DNA of 34,806 nt from Craspedostauros australis. Taxonomy: Eukaryota. Positions 9,680 through 21,065 of this stretch are shown piece by piece (position 1 is the stretch's first letter; each line of letters opens with the position of its first letter). A program made the position numbers and the translations under genes. The notes under the pieces are model-generated. The model saw nothing but the letters and a program-made list of their open reading frames with translations, was not told where the DNA came from and did not search any database. The stretch lies in assembly GCA_030167865.1 (NCBI GenBank), contig JALAGF010000584.1, positions 1-34,806 of the forward strand, written 5' to 3'.

Positions 9680-12600
9680 TGTTGATTTAGAGTCGGGTAG
9701 AGTCGATTAGAGTACTCTCTCTCCAGAGAGATACAGAGATACAGAAAGCACAGTGATTCTTTCTCGCTTTGCTGGCGATGCACCAGTGTCCGTCCTGGTG
9801 ATTCCCTTTTGCGTTGATGGCACAGGACTCTACTGTTCTTGACAATGCAATGTGTCTGGTGGAGCACTTGTACTGGTATGTATTGCAGTGATCTTCGATT
9901 GCAGCAACGGCCCTGGTTTGCTCCGCTGTCCTTCAGACCTTGTTTACGCAATGCTCAGCCATACTGTTTGTGTTGCGTCTGTGTTGTGTCTTCACTGCTT
10001 TGTGCGTTGGGTGGGAAAATAGACGTTGAGAAGCAACATGGGAGGTGCGGCGATTCTATAATAATGATTTCTATTTGAAGCGAATGTCATTGTCGCCGTT
10101 GATTGGCGCCGCGAAGTTGGGTGAATCCGAGATCGACATCAACTCCAGCAAAAGATACAGCCACACAGTGGCAGGAAGAACGCGACAGTACATGATGAGA
10201 TGACGACTCGGCAGGCATTCCTCCGACTGCGTATGATACGTATGGCGAAGGCGAAAGAGCGTTGGTTGGATGGTATTGCAGAGTTACGAGTATTGTATGG
10301 TGCAGCTGAGCCCAACAGATAAGCGCGCTGTACTGTGGTGGACTGAACTGCACTGTTTTAGTGCTATGTTCGATTGTTCTTCTTCCCAGACGACATCGTG
10401 TTTTCGTAATCAGTCCACTCGGTACATGGGTGCGCCAGGAAACAAGGATTTGCGCAGGCGTCTCAACTGGCGCCACTCGTGTGAGATCGCCGCACCCGTC
10501 TGTTCTCTCCCCCATCTTCAACCTTGGTCATGCTCTGGAAGGTCCCTGCGTTTCCCATCGATGTCGCCATCGTTCGTTCTTTGGATGATGCAACGGAGAA
10601 GATGTGCTCAGCTTGCACTGAAGGGAGAGAGAGATAGGAAATGAATGCGGGCAAAATGTGTAAAACAAAGTTGGATGTTGATGAGTGGGGAATGCGGCTT
10701 CAATGCGCAAGGAATGCACAGAGTGGCGACCTGAAGGATCGAATCGTTCCGTTGCCACAATGGATGGCGTGGAGGAGATGGAGGAAGACTCGGGGTATAC
10801 TAATGTTGATAAAGGTAATCCGCATCGCAATGAATTGCATTGGATGCCAGTAGTCATAGGCGTGAAGTTTTCGTCACTGTCTTTCCATCTCCCTCCGCCC
10901 TTTTGCGTCCTTGCGTGTGCCTTGCGAAGCTGGCATGCTTTGCTGGTCGACGGGATGGTCACCGAGACGACAGAATACTCGTATCCATCTGACAGTACGA
11001 ATAACAAATTGGAAGTGTTCTCATTAACATCATCAGTGATGATGGTTCTGAAGGTGTCCTAAGATTGGTCTTCATTTGGATATTGGTTCTGTCGTCTCGT
11101 TTTTCCCATTCCGGCTGCTCGACCAACTGGGCGAGCCGAGCCATGCTGCGGTTGGCGAGGGCCACTCCGGGGTGTGGCTTTGCAATCGGAGTCAAACACG
11201 AATGGGGCATGCACGTCACGTCACATCGTAGCACAGCGAGACCATTCACCATTAAGCTTGTCCACATTGTTGTTCAGGCTCATTATATTCAGTTTTTCGC
11301 GATCATCATGGACGCTGTGCTGTGTTGTGCCGTGTGCACGGTCTGCTCGTGCATTGGAGCTCTTGCAGTGATTGTCAGGCATTGAGGCGGGGATCCTGAG
11401 TGGCATTTCCTTGCATGGACATGTTGGATCCACTCTCGATCCATGCCACACACTCAAACGCGACAAGCACCTGCGCGCAGTCTTACCTGATCTTGCATGG
11501 CCACGACGAACAATGCGTATCCTGGGGCGGCATCGTGATTATTCGCGCTGCGCGCAGCATCGCAGATGTTGTGGCCAATCTCCTCGGAGGCCGTTTGGCA
11601 CGACGCATCATGCAGACATGCAAGGGAGTGGCGATTCCGTTACAGTCGCTCCATGGATGGGTTGTCACATGACGCTGCTGACCTTTGGGATGTCATTGTG
11701 AGTTGGAATCATGCGCCGTCGTCATCTTGCTCATCTTGTTCATGTGATTGATGTCGTCATCGTCAAGGCACCAGTCGTTCACCTGGTCCAGACGGGGTTG
11801 GTTTTGGATTTGTGACACTCAAAGATGAGGAGGAGGAAATCAAAGGCAACACAGGATCCATGCATCACAAAGACTCATACCACCGCACAATGCAATCTGG
11901 TGGACTTTTGTTCGCGATTCCATAACGTGTGGCTGTCGCTCACACAACAAAATTCACATGTTCCGTCTGTCCGCACGCGGCAGTCGCAAACGGTTCATCT
12001 CAGAACGTCCATCGTCCGTCTCAGAAGGTACTGTGCAATGCTATTTGTTGTTTCGGAACGATACGTTATTCCGCTTTCTCCCGGTCATTGGCGAACCCAC
12101 AGAATCTGCCAAGGCGAGTCAAAGGTTCCAATGTGTTCCTCTCGTCACATTTTGTGTCTGGTTCATTATCTGTCCATTTTCTTTTCCATGGCTCCACACG
12201 CAGCGGCGATCCAGAGAACGTCACATCGATTTACGCCCAGAACACATGGATCAGAGCTTCTTGGCTGCGTCGCTTGCGAGCGGAGCCCCATCATTCTTCG
12301 CACGGCGCTCCAAGAGCAACGGCATCGCACGGCATTGCGTCACAACTCCAAACGATCGTCATCGAGTTTGCCACGGGCATGGGAGGGCTCGAAGAGCGCT
12401 TTCAGAAATTGATGGATAAATCTCAGCAAATAGGGCGTCGCTGCTTGGTGATCGTGCTACCTATTATTGGCTTTGCCCTTCTTTGTTGTGTGGGCGAAGC
12501 CTCTCTTGGTCTGCAAAAGAGCGGTAGAAACAGAAAGAAACAGAGATCGCGGCCGACATCGACAGGCCAGAACATCACTACGAGCGGCTGCCCACTCACT

Positions 12601-12859
12601 CCACGGTGCCGAATGGTGTCCTCGATCACCGCACAGTGAGGTTGTCACAAATTGGCAACAAGCGATCCGTACTCGTGGATACTCGTAGTTTAACGTCGAA
12701 GCATCCATCGATGCAGCATTGGCAAGGGTAGCAATTTCGAATGCTGGCGCACATCGTGGTAAGCATCTGCACTGATACACAGGAACGAGTGCTGTACAGC
12801 AGAAGCCAAGATCGTCAAGTTCTGCAAAGACACTGCAGACACAGCCGCCGACAACACCA

Positions 12860-14896
12860 ATGAAAGCATCCAGGAACGAAGCATCACCTTCATCAGTCAC
12901 AACTGATACCGCAGCAGAAGTCGATTCACATCCTCTCATGTATCCAACAGCGACGCCTTCGATCGCCACCTGCGCCGAATCCAACAACATAAAACAACAC
13001 AACCTCCGATCTTGTCCACAGGTGTGCCCAATCGGCGTCGACAAACATAACGAACACAGCGTGAGAGCTGCTACCTTGGATCCATCTACGCTTGAAGCCC
13101 AAGAGAACATGCTGTCATCGATCTATGATAGTAACGAAAGTGTCCGCATCAACCATCTTGGGCCAAATCACGCCTATCACAGCTCTGCCGATCTATCCGA
13201 TGGCGATGACGAATACACGTCGCAGCAGCAATATCGTGAGCAAAACGACGAGGAAGACAACGACTCCATTGCTCATGGTGGTGACTTCCTCCACACGTAC
13301 GATCAGCCACTGCCACTCGACCTAGCAGACTTCGATTTGGATGACTTCGAATCCAAGCTCGATCATGTCTGTGAAGTCGAGCGATGGAAGCCAGACCCCC
13401 CTGGCCCATCCAACGTCATGAACGACGACGGGATTGGCACGCTGCCGAATCTCCATGGAGTTCTCAAGCTCACCGATGATGAGCACGACCCCATCTTCAC
13501 CCATTTCAGAGATGTATCATCGATGGACGTCCACATGCTCCACATTGATGACGAGCGCGATAGTAACAACCGTGCCGACGATGAACCGGGACCAATCCTG
13601 AGCGAATCAGATCTACATGCACTTCACAACAGCTACATGGTCGATACTAGCACCAACGATTCTGACATGGAGAGCACCGTCGCGCCAGACGATTGCAGCC
13701 AAGACAGCGCCACGTCCGCCGCAGCGAAGGAGGCCATCGATGAGGGGATGCTGAAGCTGCAACAATGTATGGCCCGTTCCGCTTTGACCAGAAGGATGGT
13801 AGGGACCATTTGCCAACACAGCATGGAAACGGTGAGCGCGCCTATGACAACAAAGGATCCTGACGTGCCGAACGAGATCAGCCTTGACGTGTGCGATGGT
13901 ACCACACCGACACAAGACAACCACGACGCAACAAGTGGCGATGATAGCCTCGTGGACATGTTGGAGGCATGCTTGTCCGGGAGCGGAGGCGATGTGTCAC
14001 ACGTCTTGTACCCAGAACCTCAATGCGCCAATTCCGGCTCAAGCGATCTTGCAACAATCAATACCCGCAATTGCAGCGATGGTCAGGGTCGAAGCTACCA
14101 CCGCAGGAGCAGCATGATTGGCATCATGGGCAACGGTGGTCCGATCCACGATCCTCACACAAACCGCCAGTTACGCTCTCGTTCCATGGACAAAATCAAC
14201 CGCCCGGGCAAGTCAAGAGCGAGATCGAGGGACAAGCTTCCGGCCAGGGGCACCATCACCAGCCGACGATCAGCATCCTCCAGACTGACACGATCTTTGT
14301 CAAGAGAGCGTTTGATCCGGGCACCAACTCGAGGTGCTGGAGGCAGCCACATGGTCGTGGGTGGAAGCATTCGCCGATCCAGATCCTCGGAAAGACTTTT
14401 TCGCAGCACAAGCAAATCTTCCCCACTCTCTATCCAAGATTCAACGGCGATGCTGCTGGGTAAATCTGCCGAATACGAAGACCAAAATGAAGAATCGGCA
14501 TTGATTCCTGGACACGAAGGCGACGACTCGTTTGCACCAGGTCAAGCTGGCGATGACTATCAGACCCCTATCAGCGACTTCCTCAAGACCGGCGGGCCTC
14601 TTCTGCACAGGCACTCGGTGGTGTCCTCCACATCAACGGCGGTGTGCTCCTCGTCTGTGCCACCGTCTCCATCAGTGTTGAGATCGAGCTCTGAACGGAA
14701 CGTGTTTGAAGCCCATGGTGGTGATCATGGCGAAGTTTGCCATCGTGCTGATACTACTTGCGGTACCCGTAGTCATGATCAACATCAAGATCATCACTGT
14801 GAGGAAAGCGAGAACACTGACGAAAGCGTTGATGGCGTCACCATGATGCTCATGGCTCCGGCGCAAGTCGATGAGTGTCCGGGGGTGACAATCTAA
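12860..14896 (+). CDS. Hypothetical intrinsically disordered protein (acidic N-half, Ser/Arg-rich C-half)
   Basis: 678-codon ORF with coding-like codon use. One short predicted helix (GMLKLQQCMARSALTRRMV) and repeated RSxSxE/D motifs. The true start may be a downstream ATG. Confidence 0.7.
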   Translation: MKASRNEASPSSVTTDTAAEVDSHPLMYPTATPSIATCAESNNIKQHNLRSCPQVCPIGVDKHNEHSVRAATLDPSTLEAQENMLSSIYDSNESVRINHLGPNHAYHSSADLSDGDDEYTSQQQYREQNDEEDNDSIAHGGDFLHTYDQPLPLDLADFDLDDFESKLDHVCEVERWKPDPPGPSNVMNDDGIGTLPNLHGVLKLTDDEHDPIFTHFRDVSSMDVHMLHIDDERDSNNRADDEPGPILSESDLHALHNSYMVDTSTNDSDMESTVAPDDCSQDSATSAAAKEAIDEGMLKLQQCMARSALTRRMVGTICQHSMETVSAPMTTKDPDVPNEISLDVCDGTTPTQDNHDATSGDDSLVDMLEACLSGSGGDVSHVLYPEPQCANSGSSDLATINTRNCSDGQGRSYHRRSSMIGIMGNGGPIHDPHTNRQLRSRSMDKINRPGKSRARSRDKLPARGTITSRRSASSRLTRSLSRERLIRAPTRGAGGSHMVVGGSIRRSRSSERLFRSTSKSSPLSIQDSTAMLLGKSAEYEDQNEESALIPGHEGDDSFAPGQAGDDYQTPISDFLKTGGPLLHRHSVVSSTSTAVCSSSVPPSPSVLRSSSERNVFEAHGGDHGEVCHRADTTCGTRSHDQHQDHHCEESENTDESVDGVTMMLMAPAQVDECPGVTI

Positions 14897-16266
14897 CCGC
14901 ATTCTTCAACAAGGAAATCCTTCAACAAGGAAGATCGATAGACATAGGAATGGGCCGGTGAACACTCTACGAATATTCAACTAATAGAGAAAGAGAGGCT
15001 CACATTTGAAACAGACTACTCGAGAGTGCATACTCGATGCTACGACGAGCTATGGGAATGATGCAATGTCTTGCGTACCTCCTCCCTCTCAACCAATGTT
15101 CTGTGCTTGGTGGCGAAGGAGGCTGTACACAGGCCCAGCGTTGCCACCTCACATTCCCTCCATTGTGCGTCTGTCTCCTTGTCGTTCCATACCATGCTGG
15201 CTGATGCGACTCATGACGTGTCTGATGTTGTGTCCGCCCGCGGCTGCGGCTTTCACCACTCACATATTATATGTATTGATATGCCACCGGCAGACCAAGT
15301 GCCGCTACAGGCAGGCAGAATGCCGATGCCTTGTATTCCGCTATTACGCAACAGCGAGGCCGAGGTTGATCGTCACCGTGGTTAGGACGAGAGTGATTGA
15401 AGGCACCTTGGGCGAGGCCGATGTACGCATTGTAGGCATCTGTGGCGGTAAATCATGCATTGCACACCAACGTCAGTCACACCACTTGCGGCTACAAGGG
15501 CATTCTTCGCATCGGTGTCAGTGTTGTTTCTTGTGGCGATCCCGTCGAAGCACTATGAGGAACATCGTGGATGTTTCCGGCGAATTCAAAAATGAACCCG
15601 GCCCAATGAAATGACGCGATGGAAATCACGGGGGAACTGTTTGGCTTTCTCTGAGCCGATGAGAATGACTCTTGGAAGACGCACCAAAAGGCGATTCCAA
15701 AGTTGGAGAAAAACAGATGCCTCGGAACACGGAGGACCGCTTCATGGGGCAACGACGGCAAAGCTACACGAGAGGTGTCGCGATCTCTCCTGCTCCAGAT
15801 GCCACACCCACCAACCCTGGGCCAGCCACGTCGGGCATCAGTCATCACAACGAAATGAAACGCTATCCAGAACCGCCGCTCTCCGTCACTTTGCGACGCG
15901 CCACCTCACACCGAGAATCTCCGATCATGTGACGCATTCTGACACGGCACTCTGTAGTCGCTGGCCGTCCACCTTGTCAATACTTCTACAACAGCGACGG
16001 TCCACCTGGTGGGTCCCATCACAAGCACACAACACCTACACAAGGACACCCCCATACCGTACTTGATTGGAGTCAAGTCGAGTCCACTATTTCCCGGGTT
16101 GAGGTTCACCTCACAAAACGCAACTGCCTCCAACGGTCACAATATTAACATAACCCAACCCAACCCAACCAAACGCAAGTGTGCCCAACAGACTCGAAAA
16201 CAGTCTTGCGAAGAGCAAAGGAATCGCGCCATCATCATCATCATCATCAACAACAACAACAACATC

Positions 16267-17949
16267 ATGGAGCAAGGCGACTTGCTACTCACCCAGCTCA
16301 TGGACGATGCTATGGAATCGTCCATCGGCACCATTGATTCCACCGACCTTGGTTCGGAGGATGGTGCTGTCGAGAATGGAGATCTGGACCCTTTTGGTCC
16401 GATCTCTTCAGATGAATTCATCCGTCCGTTGGCAGTGGTGAAGAGCCTTGGGTCGCTGCGCGATCATCACACCATCAACACCTGCCTCGGGCAAGGGCGC
16501 GGGCCGATCATGGAGGCGCAGATGTCCAGCGAGATCTGGGTCAAGGCACCGCAGCATCAGGAACCCATCGCATGCACGCAGAATGGTATGAGAGAAGCAC
16601 CCAAGAGATCGATTGAGATGGATTGCTCCAGCCATGACAATGACTCCGACGTCGAAAGTTTCTACGACAACAACGCAAGCGACGTCCCTGTCACGGTCGA
16701 CAACATCCCAGCCGCCATCGAGATTTCGGAGGCGATGGAGATGTTGTCCATGAACATGCAAGGCAACGCCCAGCTCCACGACAACACGTGCGACAACCTC
16801 TCCCCACAGTTGTTCCACACTTCGCAAGCGCAAGTGAAAGGGGAAGTGCATCAACAGCACCAACACCATCACCAGCATATGCAACTTGGGACACCCGAGC
16901 TTGGGAATATCCATGCCACGGACGGGGGATACGATGTGCTGGCATCGTTCCAAAACACCTCCCATCACACCTCAGAATATGCGACTGGCACGAGCGGCGG
17001 TATGCCTCACGGCGCTGCCCCGGCCATGTTCCACGACCCCCAACCGCATGGAATCAAGGCCGAATCAAAGTCCAAGCAGCAAGGCTTCAGCTCCAGCCAC
17101 CCTGTCCACCAGTCCAAGACCGACAAATTCCGCGCTTTCCACAGGACTGGCCGGCATCACCCCCCTCGACGCGGTGTGCGACGAAGCCAGTCGAGCGAGA
17201 TGCTCAAGTCGTTGAAGGCCAACAGCTCCAACCAGGCAAAGCCAACTGCGTCGTCACATTCAAGATCCGCATCCAAGGCAAGGCAACGCTCGCATTCCCT
17301 CGACGGTATGCGTGGCCTCCGCGCGCCAAGCGCCAACCCTTTCTCTCAGATGCAGTGGCCACCACCCGAAGACATCATGGTAGAGCTGGAGGACGCCGCG
17401 CCAATTCGATCCAACAACCTCAACGAGGAGCAAGCCATGGCATTTCGATTGCTCCACGCAAAACCTCGACGATCAAGATCGACCGAGGGTCTTCGCATCC
17501 GTGCGTCATCCAGCCGTTCGCGCAATGCGACTCTTTCGACCTTGATACCATCGTCTGCCGAATCGATGAGCCAGTCGAGCCATGGCGAGAGAGATCATCC
17601 CCGCCGGCTTCTTACGCGGACGCGTTCACTCGAGGGAATCCGTCGCCTGCGCCAGGTCGCATCGAATCTGTCATCGCAAAGCAACCACGATTCCACCACT
17701 TCCGCTGGAAGAGCCATGCTGCTCGGAACCCTATCGGCGCAGTCATCCGCTGCCAGGGTTTCAGGCTCGGTGTCGCCTCTGCAACGTATGAGCGCAGCGG
17801 CCGATCAAGGCCCCGCTGATGGACGCCTCGAGACCAGTGGGGTCAACCTTAGCAAGGTTTCCGCCAGCAAGCTCGCGCTGCTTGCGAACAGCAAGCCTCT
17901 GCCGGCAACGCAGAAGCCGACATCAATCCGTCGCCAGTTCGGTCCATGA
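16267..17949 (+). CDS. Hypothetical intrinsically disordered protein, Ser/Arg/His-rich
   Basis: Long ORF (track 16009-17949). The first ATG is at 16267, just after an (ATC)n(AAC)n microsatellite that is probably 5' UTR. Repeated RSxSxE/D motifs in the C-half. Confidence 0.72.
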   Translation: MEQGDLLLTQLMDDAMESSIGTIDSTDLGSEDGAVENGDLDPFGPISSDEFIRPLAVVKSLGSLRDHHTINTCLGQGRGPIMEAQMSSEIWVKAPQHQEPIACTQNGMREAPKRSIEMDCSSHDNDSDVESFYDNNASDVPVTVDNIPAAIEISEAMEMLSMNMQGNAQLHDNTCDNLSPQLFHTSQAQVKGEVHQQHQHHHQHMQLGTPELGNIHATDGGYDVLASFQNTSHHTSEYATGTSGGMPHGAAPAMFHDPQPHGIKAESKSKQQGFSSSHPVHQSKTDKFRAFHRTGRHHPPRRGVRRSQSSEMLKSLKANSSNQAKPTASSHSRSASKARQRSHSLDGMRGLRAPSANPFSQMQWPPPEDIMVELEDAAPIRSNNLNEEQAMAFRLLHAKPRRSRSTEGLRIRASSSRSRNATLSTLIPSSAESMSQSSHGERDHPRRLLTRTRSLEGIRRLRQVASNLSSQSNHDSTTSAGRAMLLGTLSAQSSAARVSGSVSPLQRMSAAADQGPADGRLETSGVNLSKVSASKLALLANSKPLPATQKPTSIRRQFGP

Positions 17950-18290
17950 GTTCTGCAGCATGAAGCTGCCGCTGTTGCGGTTATGCTGCTGGGGCTGCAG
18001 CAAGAAGATTAGATTAGAGCAGTAGCGATCACCACGACCGCATCTGCACATTTACGTCGTGTCCGTGCCGCACCGTGATCGTTGTCGGCGGAGACCGTGG
18101 CAGAGTAGGCGATAAATCATAGTGTACTCTACACTGTTAGGTATAACACCATGTGGGATACTATCCAGAGCCCAGCGCAGATGCATCAGCACGATCGTAG
18201 CATGTTGGTGCTGTGCTCGTTTGCGACAAGAGATTGGCTGTCGGCCGCTAGTGTCGTCATGAACCAAAGTATCATGCGTCCGACGCGGTT

Positions 18291-18854
18291 TCATATGCAG
18301 CAGGGACATGAGGGCGGTCGCAGAGCCGGTCGATTGGCGAACGTCATCGACGACATGAACTCGAACTCTGCTTGGATTTCCTTTGCCTGATCCACGATGC
18401 TCTTGTCCACAGTGTCTGCCGGTTGCGACAGCGTCGGCATATGCGCCCGCCCAGAGATGCCAGCAGGTCCGGTAGCTATCTGCTTCTGTTCCTGGCGTTG
18501 CCGGAACGTGTACGAATAGTCGGACATGGCGGACTGGTGGGTTGCGATGGGTTCCCAGGGATATCTCTGCTCGTGCGATTCGCCATTGTGCCGCCGACGT
18601 TGCTCACGAGGATCGTTCTCCCAATCGAAGGAGTCATCATCGTTGTCATCGCTGTTGTCATCGCTGTTGTCATGATTGCTGTGGGGATAGCCGCGTCCAC
18701 TCCCATTCCCGTTGGTTTTGCCGCTTCTGTCACTGCCACTCCCAACCGAAGGGTTCGACCCGTTTCTCCAACGCATCGAGGCGTATAGGAGCACGATCGT
18801 TCCCAACCCCGAAGCCACAGCAACTCCAGCCGCAGATGGTATGGATTTGCCCAT
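18291..18854 (-). CDS. Small N-terminally anchored hypothetical protein with C-terminal CPCCI
   Basis: 187-aa ATG-started ORF. N-terminal hydrophobic anchor (GVAVASGLGTIVLLYA), low-complexity G/N/D linker, internal YPWEP, and an ordered-looking end (FEFMSSMTFAN...PSCPCCI). Confidence 0.65.
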   Translation of the reverse strand: MGKSIPSAAGVAVASGLGTIVLLYASMRWRNGSNPSVGSGSDRSGKTNGNGSGRGYPHSNHDNSDDNSDDNDDDSFDWENDPREQRRRHNGESHEQRYPWEPIATHQSAMSDYSYTFRQRQEQKQIATGPAGISGRAHMPTLSQPADTVDKSIVDQAKEIQAEFEFMSSMTFANRPALRPPSCPCCI

Positions 18855-19359
18855 CTTCCCTCGATTTTTGTTTCTGTGCTGCTCTCTATCCTTCTTACTG
18901 CAACGTTGTGTTCAATCTGATCGTCACCACCGCCTGCAGTTACTGCAATCGCACGAGCGGAGCCGAGCTTGTGGCGGTCTCCGATTGTGGGTGGTTGTTG
19001 TGCGAACAAAGACACCTTCCATCAGCTTCGCAGAACCACGAGACGACGGCCAAATCCTTGGCGCCAAGAATGGTTCCCGTGACATCAATTCGTGATCAAA
19101 ACGACTGACATGATCGCTATTCAAGCGAATGTAAATGTGGGTTATTCTCATTGACCGCAGCACCGTCATTTTTTAACAGAACAAAACAAACACCAAAAAA
19201 TGCAGACGCAACCTCTTCTCCGTCACACAATATCACAATTACAACACAATAGATACTCCTCCTTCTGCCCTTCCTCTTCCTCTTGTTCCCACACACACTT
19301 CCATACTTACATTCGCCGACTCGGATCCATACAGAGATCCTACTGGTTTGCGACAAGGC

Positions 19360-20616
19360 ATGATGGGTGAATCAAACCCAACAGACGCGGATGAAGGAAG
19401 GACACGGCGAGCATCCCGAAAGACGAAGAGCAACTCATGGCTGCAGCCATTATCCTTTGCCATGCTCATCGTCATCGTCATCATCAACTTGGTGCTTGGG
19501 AACGCGCGCACCGGGATGATCTTCTCCACCACGACCATGCAGCAGTACGTTGGTCCAGAGTGTGCCATGAACTCGACGGCCGATCAAGCGGAAGCCGTCG
19601 AAGCATCCGAGCACACACCCAGGATGCTGATGGAACCGGGTCGGGTCTACATGACCGGGTCCTGGAGCAAGGCCATCACGAAGTGCCTGTTCTCCGACTT
19701 TGAGTACAGTGGCGATTGGAAGGAGGAGACGCCGCTGACTCCCAACGACATTGTGGTGTACGGTATGCACGTCCCACCGCCGGGAAGAGGCAACATGCTG
19801 TGGGGTGAGGGAGCCAAGCAGAAGCCTGACAGCCAGCGTCCCGGCAAGATCCTGTTCTACAACGGCGAGTCGCACGGCGATATTTGGGAAATGTTCTCAC
19901 CGCAGGACATCGGCGACCGCCTCTATCAAATCGGTCCCGTCTCGCATCTGCACCGAGACAACTCGTACCAGATGTATTTCATGACGGGAGTAGCGCAGGC
20001 CAAATCCTCGCCCGACGTGGATCCGATCTTGCACCCGGAGATTGGCGTGCGCCGAAACTCCACGCGTCAAATCAATGGCGTGCTGTACAAGAACAGCAAC
20101 TGCGTCGCCTTTCGCGACGAGGCCGCACGACGGTTGTCGGAATTCCTCGATGTCTATCACGGCCAGTGCAAGCCCAGCGTGCCAATGCGCAACAACAGTC
20201 TATTTCCCGACACCGCGCTGGGAGGTAGGCGGAGCTTCAGCAAAAACATCCAGACGATGGGTCAATACAAATACTGCTTGGTCATGGAGAATGTGGTTGG
20301 CCAGGCGGGATACATCACCGAGAAGTTGATGAACGGCTTCCTCGGTGGATGCCTGCCGATCTACACAGGTTCCCGCATCGTTCACGACATCTTCAATCCA
20401 AAGTCGTTCGTCTACTACGACGTCACCAGACCAGACGAAGCGCTCGATCTGATCCGGCGTATGGAGGCCAATGAGTCGCTGTACAATGAGTACAACAACG
20501 CCCCGCTCTTCCTTGATCCCGAACGCATCGTGAACCAATACTTCTCCGCTTGCGACGGCGTGGGAGATGGATCTCTGAAGCGCAAGATCCGTCAAATGAT
20601 GAAGATCGAAGAGTAG
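19360..20616 (+). CDS. Alpha-1,3/4-fucosyltransferase-like protein, glycosyltransferase family GT10
   Basis: First ATG at 19360. Type II TM helix (FAMLIVIVIINLVL). GT10 motifs FYNGES, SNC..FR and YKYCLVMEN....GYITEKLMNGFLGGCLPIY.G. Confidence 0.88.
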   Translation: MMGESNPTDADEGRTRRASRKTKSNSWLQPLSFAMLIVIVIINLVLGNARTGMIFSTTTMQQYVGPECAMNSTADQAEAVEASEHTPRMLMEPGRVYMTGSWSKAITKCLFSDFEYSGDWKEETPLTPNDIVVYGMHVPPPGRGNMLWGEGAKQKPDSQRPGKILFYNGESHGDIWEMFSPQDIGDRLYQIGPVSHLHRDNSYQMYFMTGVAQAKSSPDVDPILHPEIGVRRNSTRQINGVLYKNSNCVAFRDEAARRLSEFLDVYHGQCKPSVPMRNNSLFPDTALGGRRSFSKNIQTMGQYKYCLVMENVVGQAGYITEKLMNGFLGGCLPIYTGSRIVHDIFNPKSFVYYDVTRPDEALDLIRRMEANESLYNEYNNAPLFLDPERIVNQYFSACDGVGDGSLKRKIRQMMKIEE

Positions 20617-21065
20617 GAAGTACGAGCGACGAATAAAGGTCGATTGCGGTGGGTCCGTACTCTAGTGTGGCAAACGCGTCCCAGGGCGAGAGTTTAGCAT
20701 CGTCCATGTTACAGTGCCTCCATAGATCGTATAGTACACTTTGAGACAGTTATTGTGCGGTAGACATAAAGGTATTTCGAAAGACGTATTGTGTCAGAGT
20801 CAAACATTATGCCAAGGTGGTGTGGAAAACGACGACTATTTGACTTAATCAGAGCACAACAGGACGAGGAGACCGGAGAGGCCCAGCTCGCTTTCGCCAT
20901 ACCGCCTCCGCGAGATGCACACTGGTACCGGCATCATGCATCGCTCACATGTGCTCGTTCGACAGCACTTTCTCTGACCGAATATACCTCTCACAGACCC
21001 TTGCTTCCGCAGACCCCTCCTCGACGATCCGAGGCACGTTCCTCGCCGTCGCCGGCCTTGCCACC

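Noticed and set aside
9700-12850. Many 100-240 aa ORFs on both strands
   Set aside because: No recognisable motifs or coherent coding bias; treated as intergenic, although a small gene cannot be excluded.
14904-14932. 13-bp direct repeat CTTCAACAAGGAA x2 after a stop codon
   Set aside because: A simple local duplication with nothing inserted between the copies, so not a target-site duplication.
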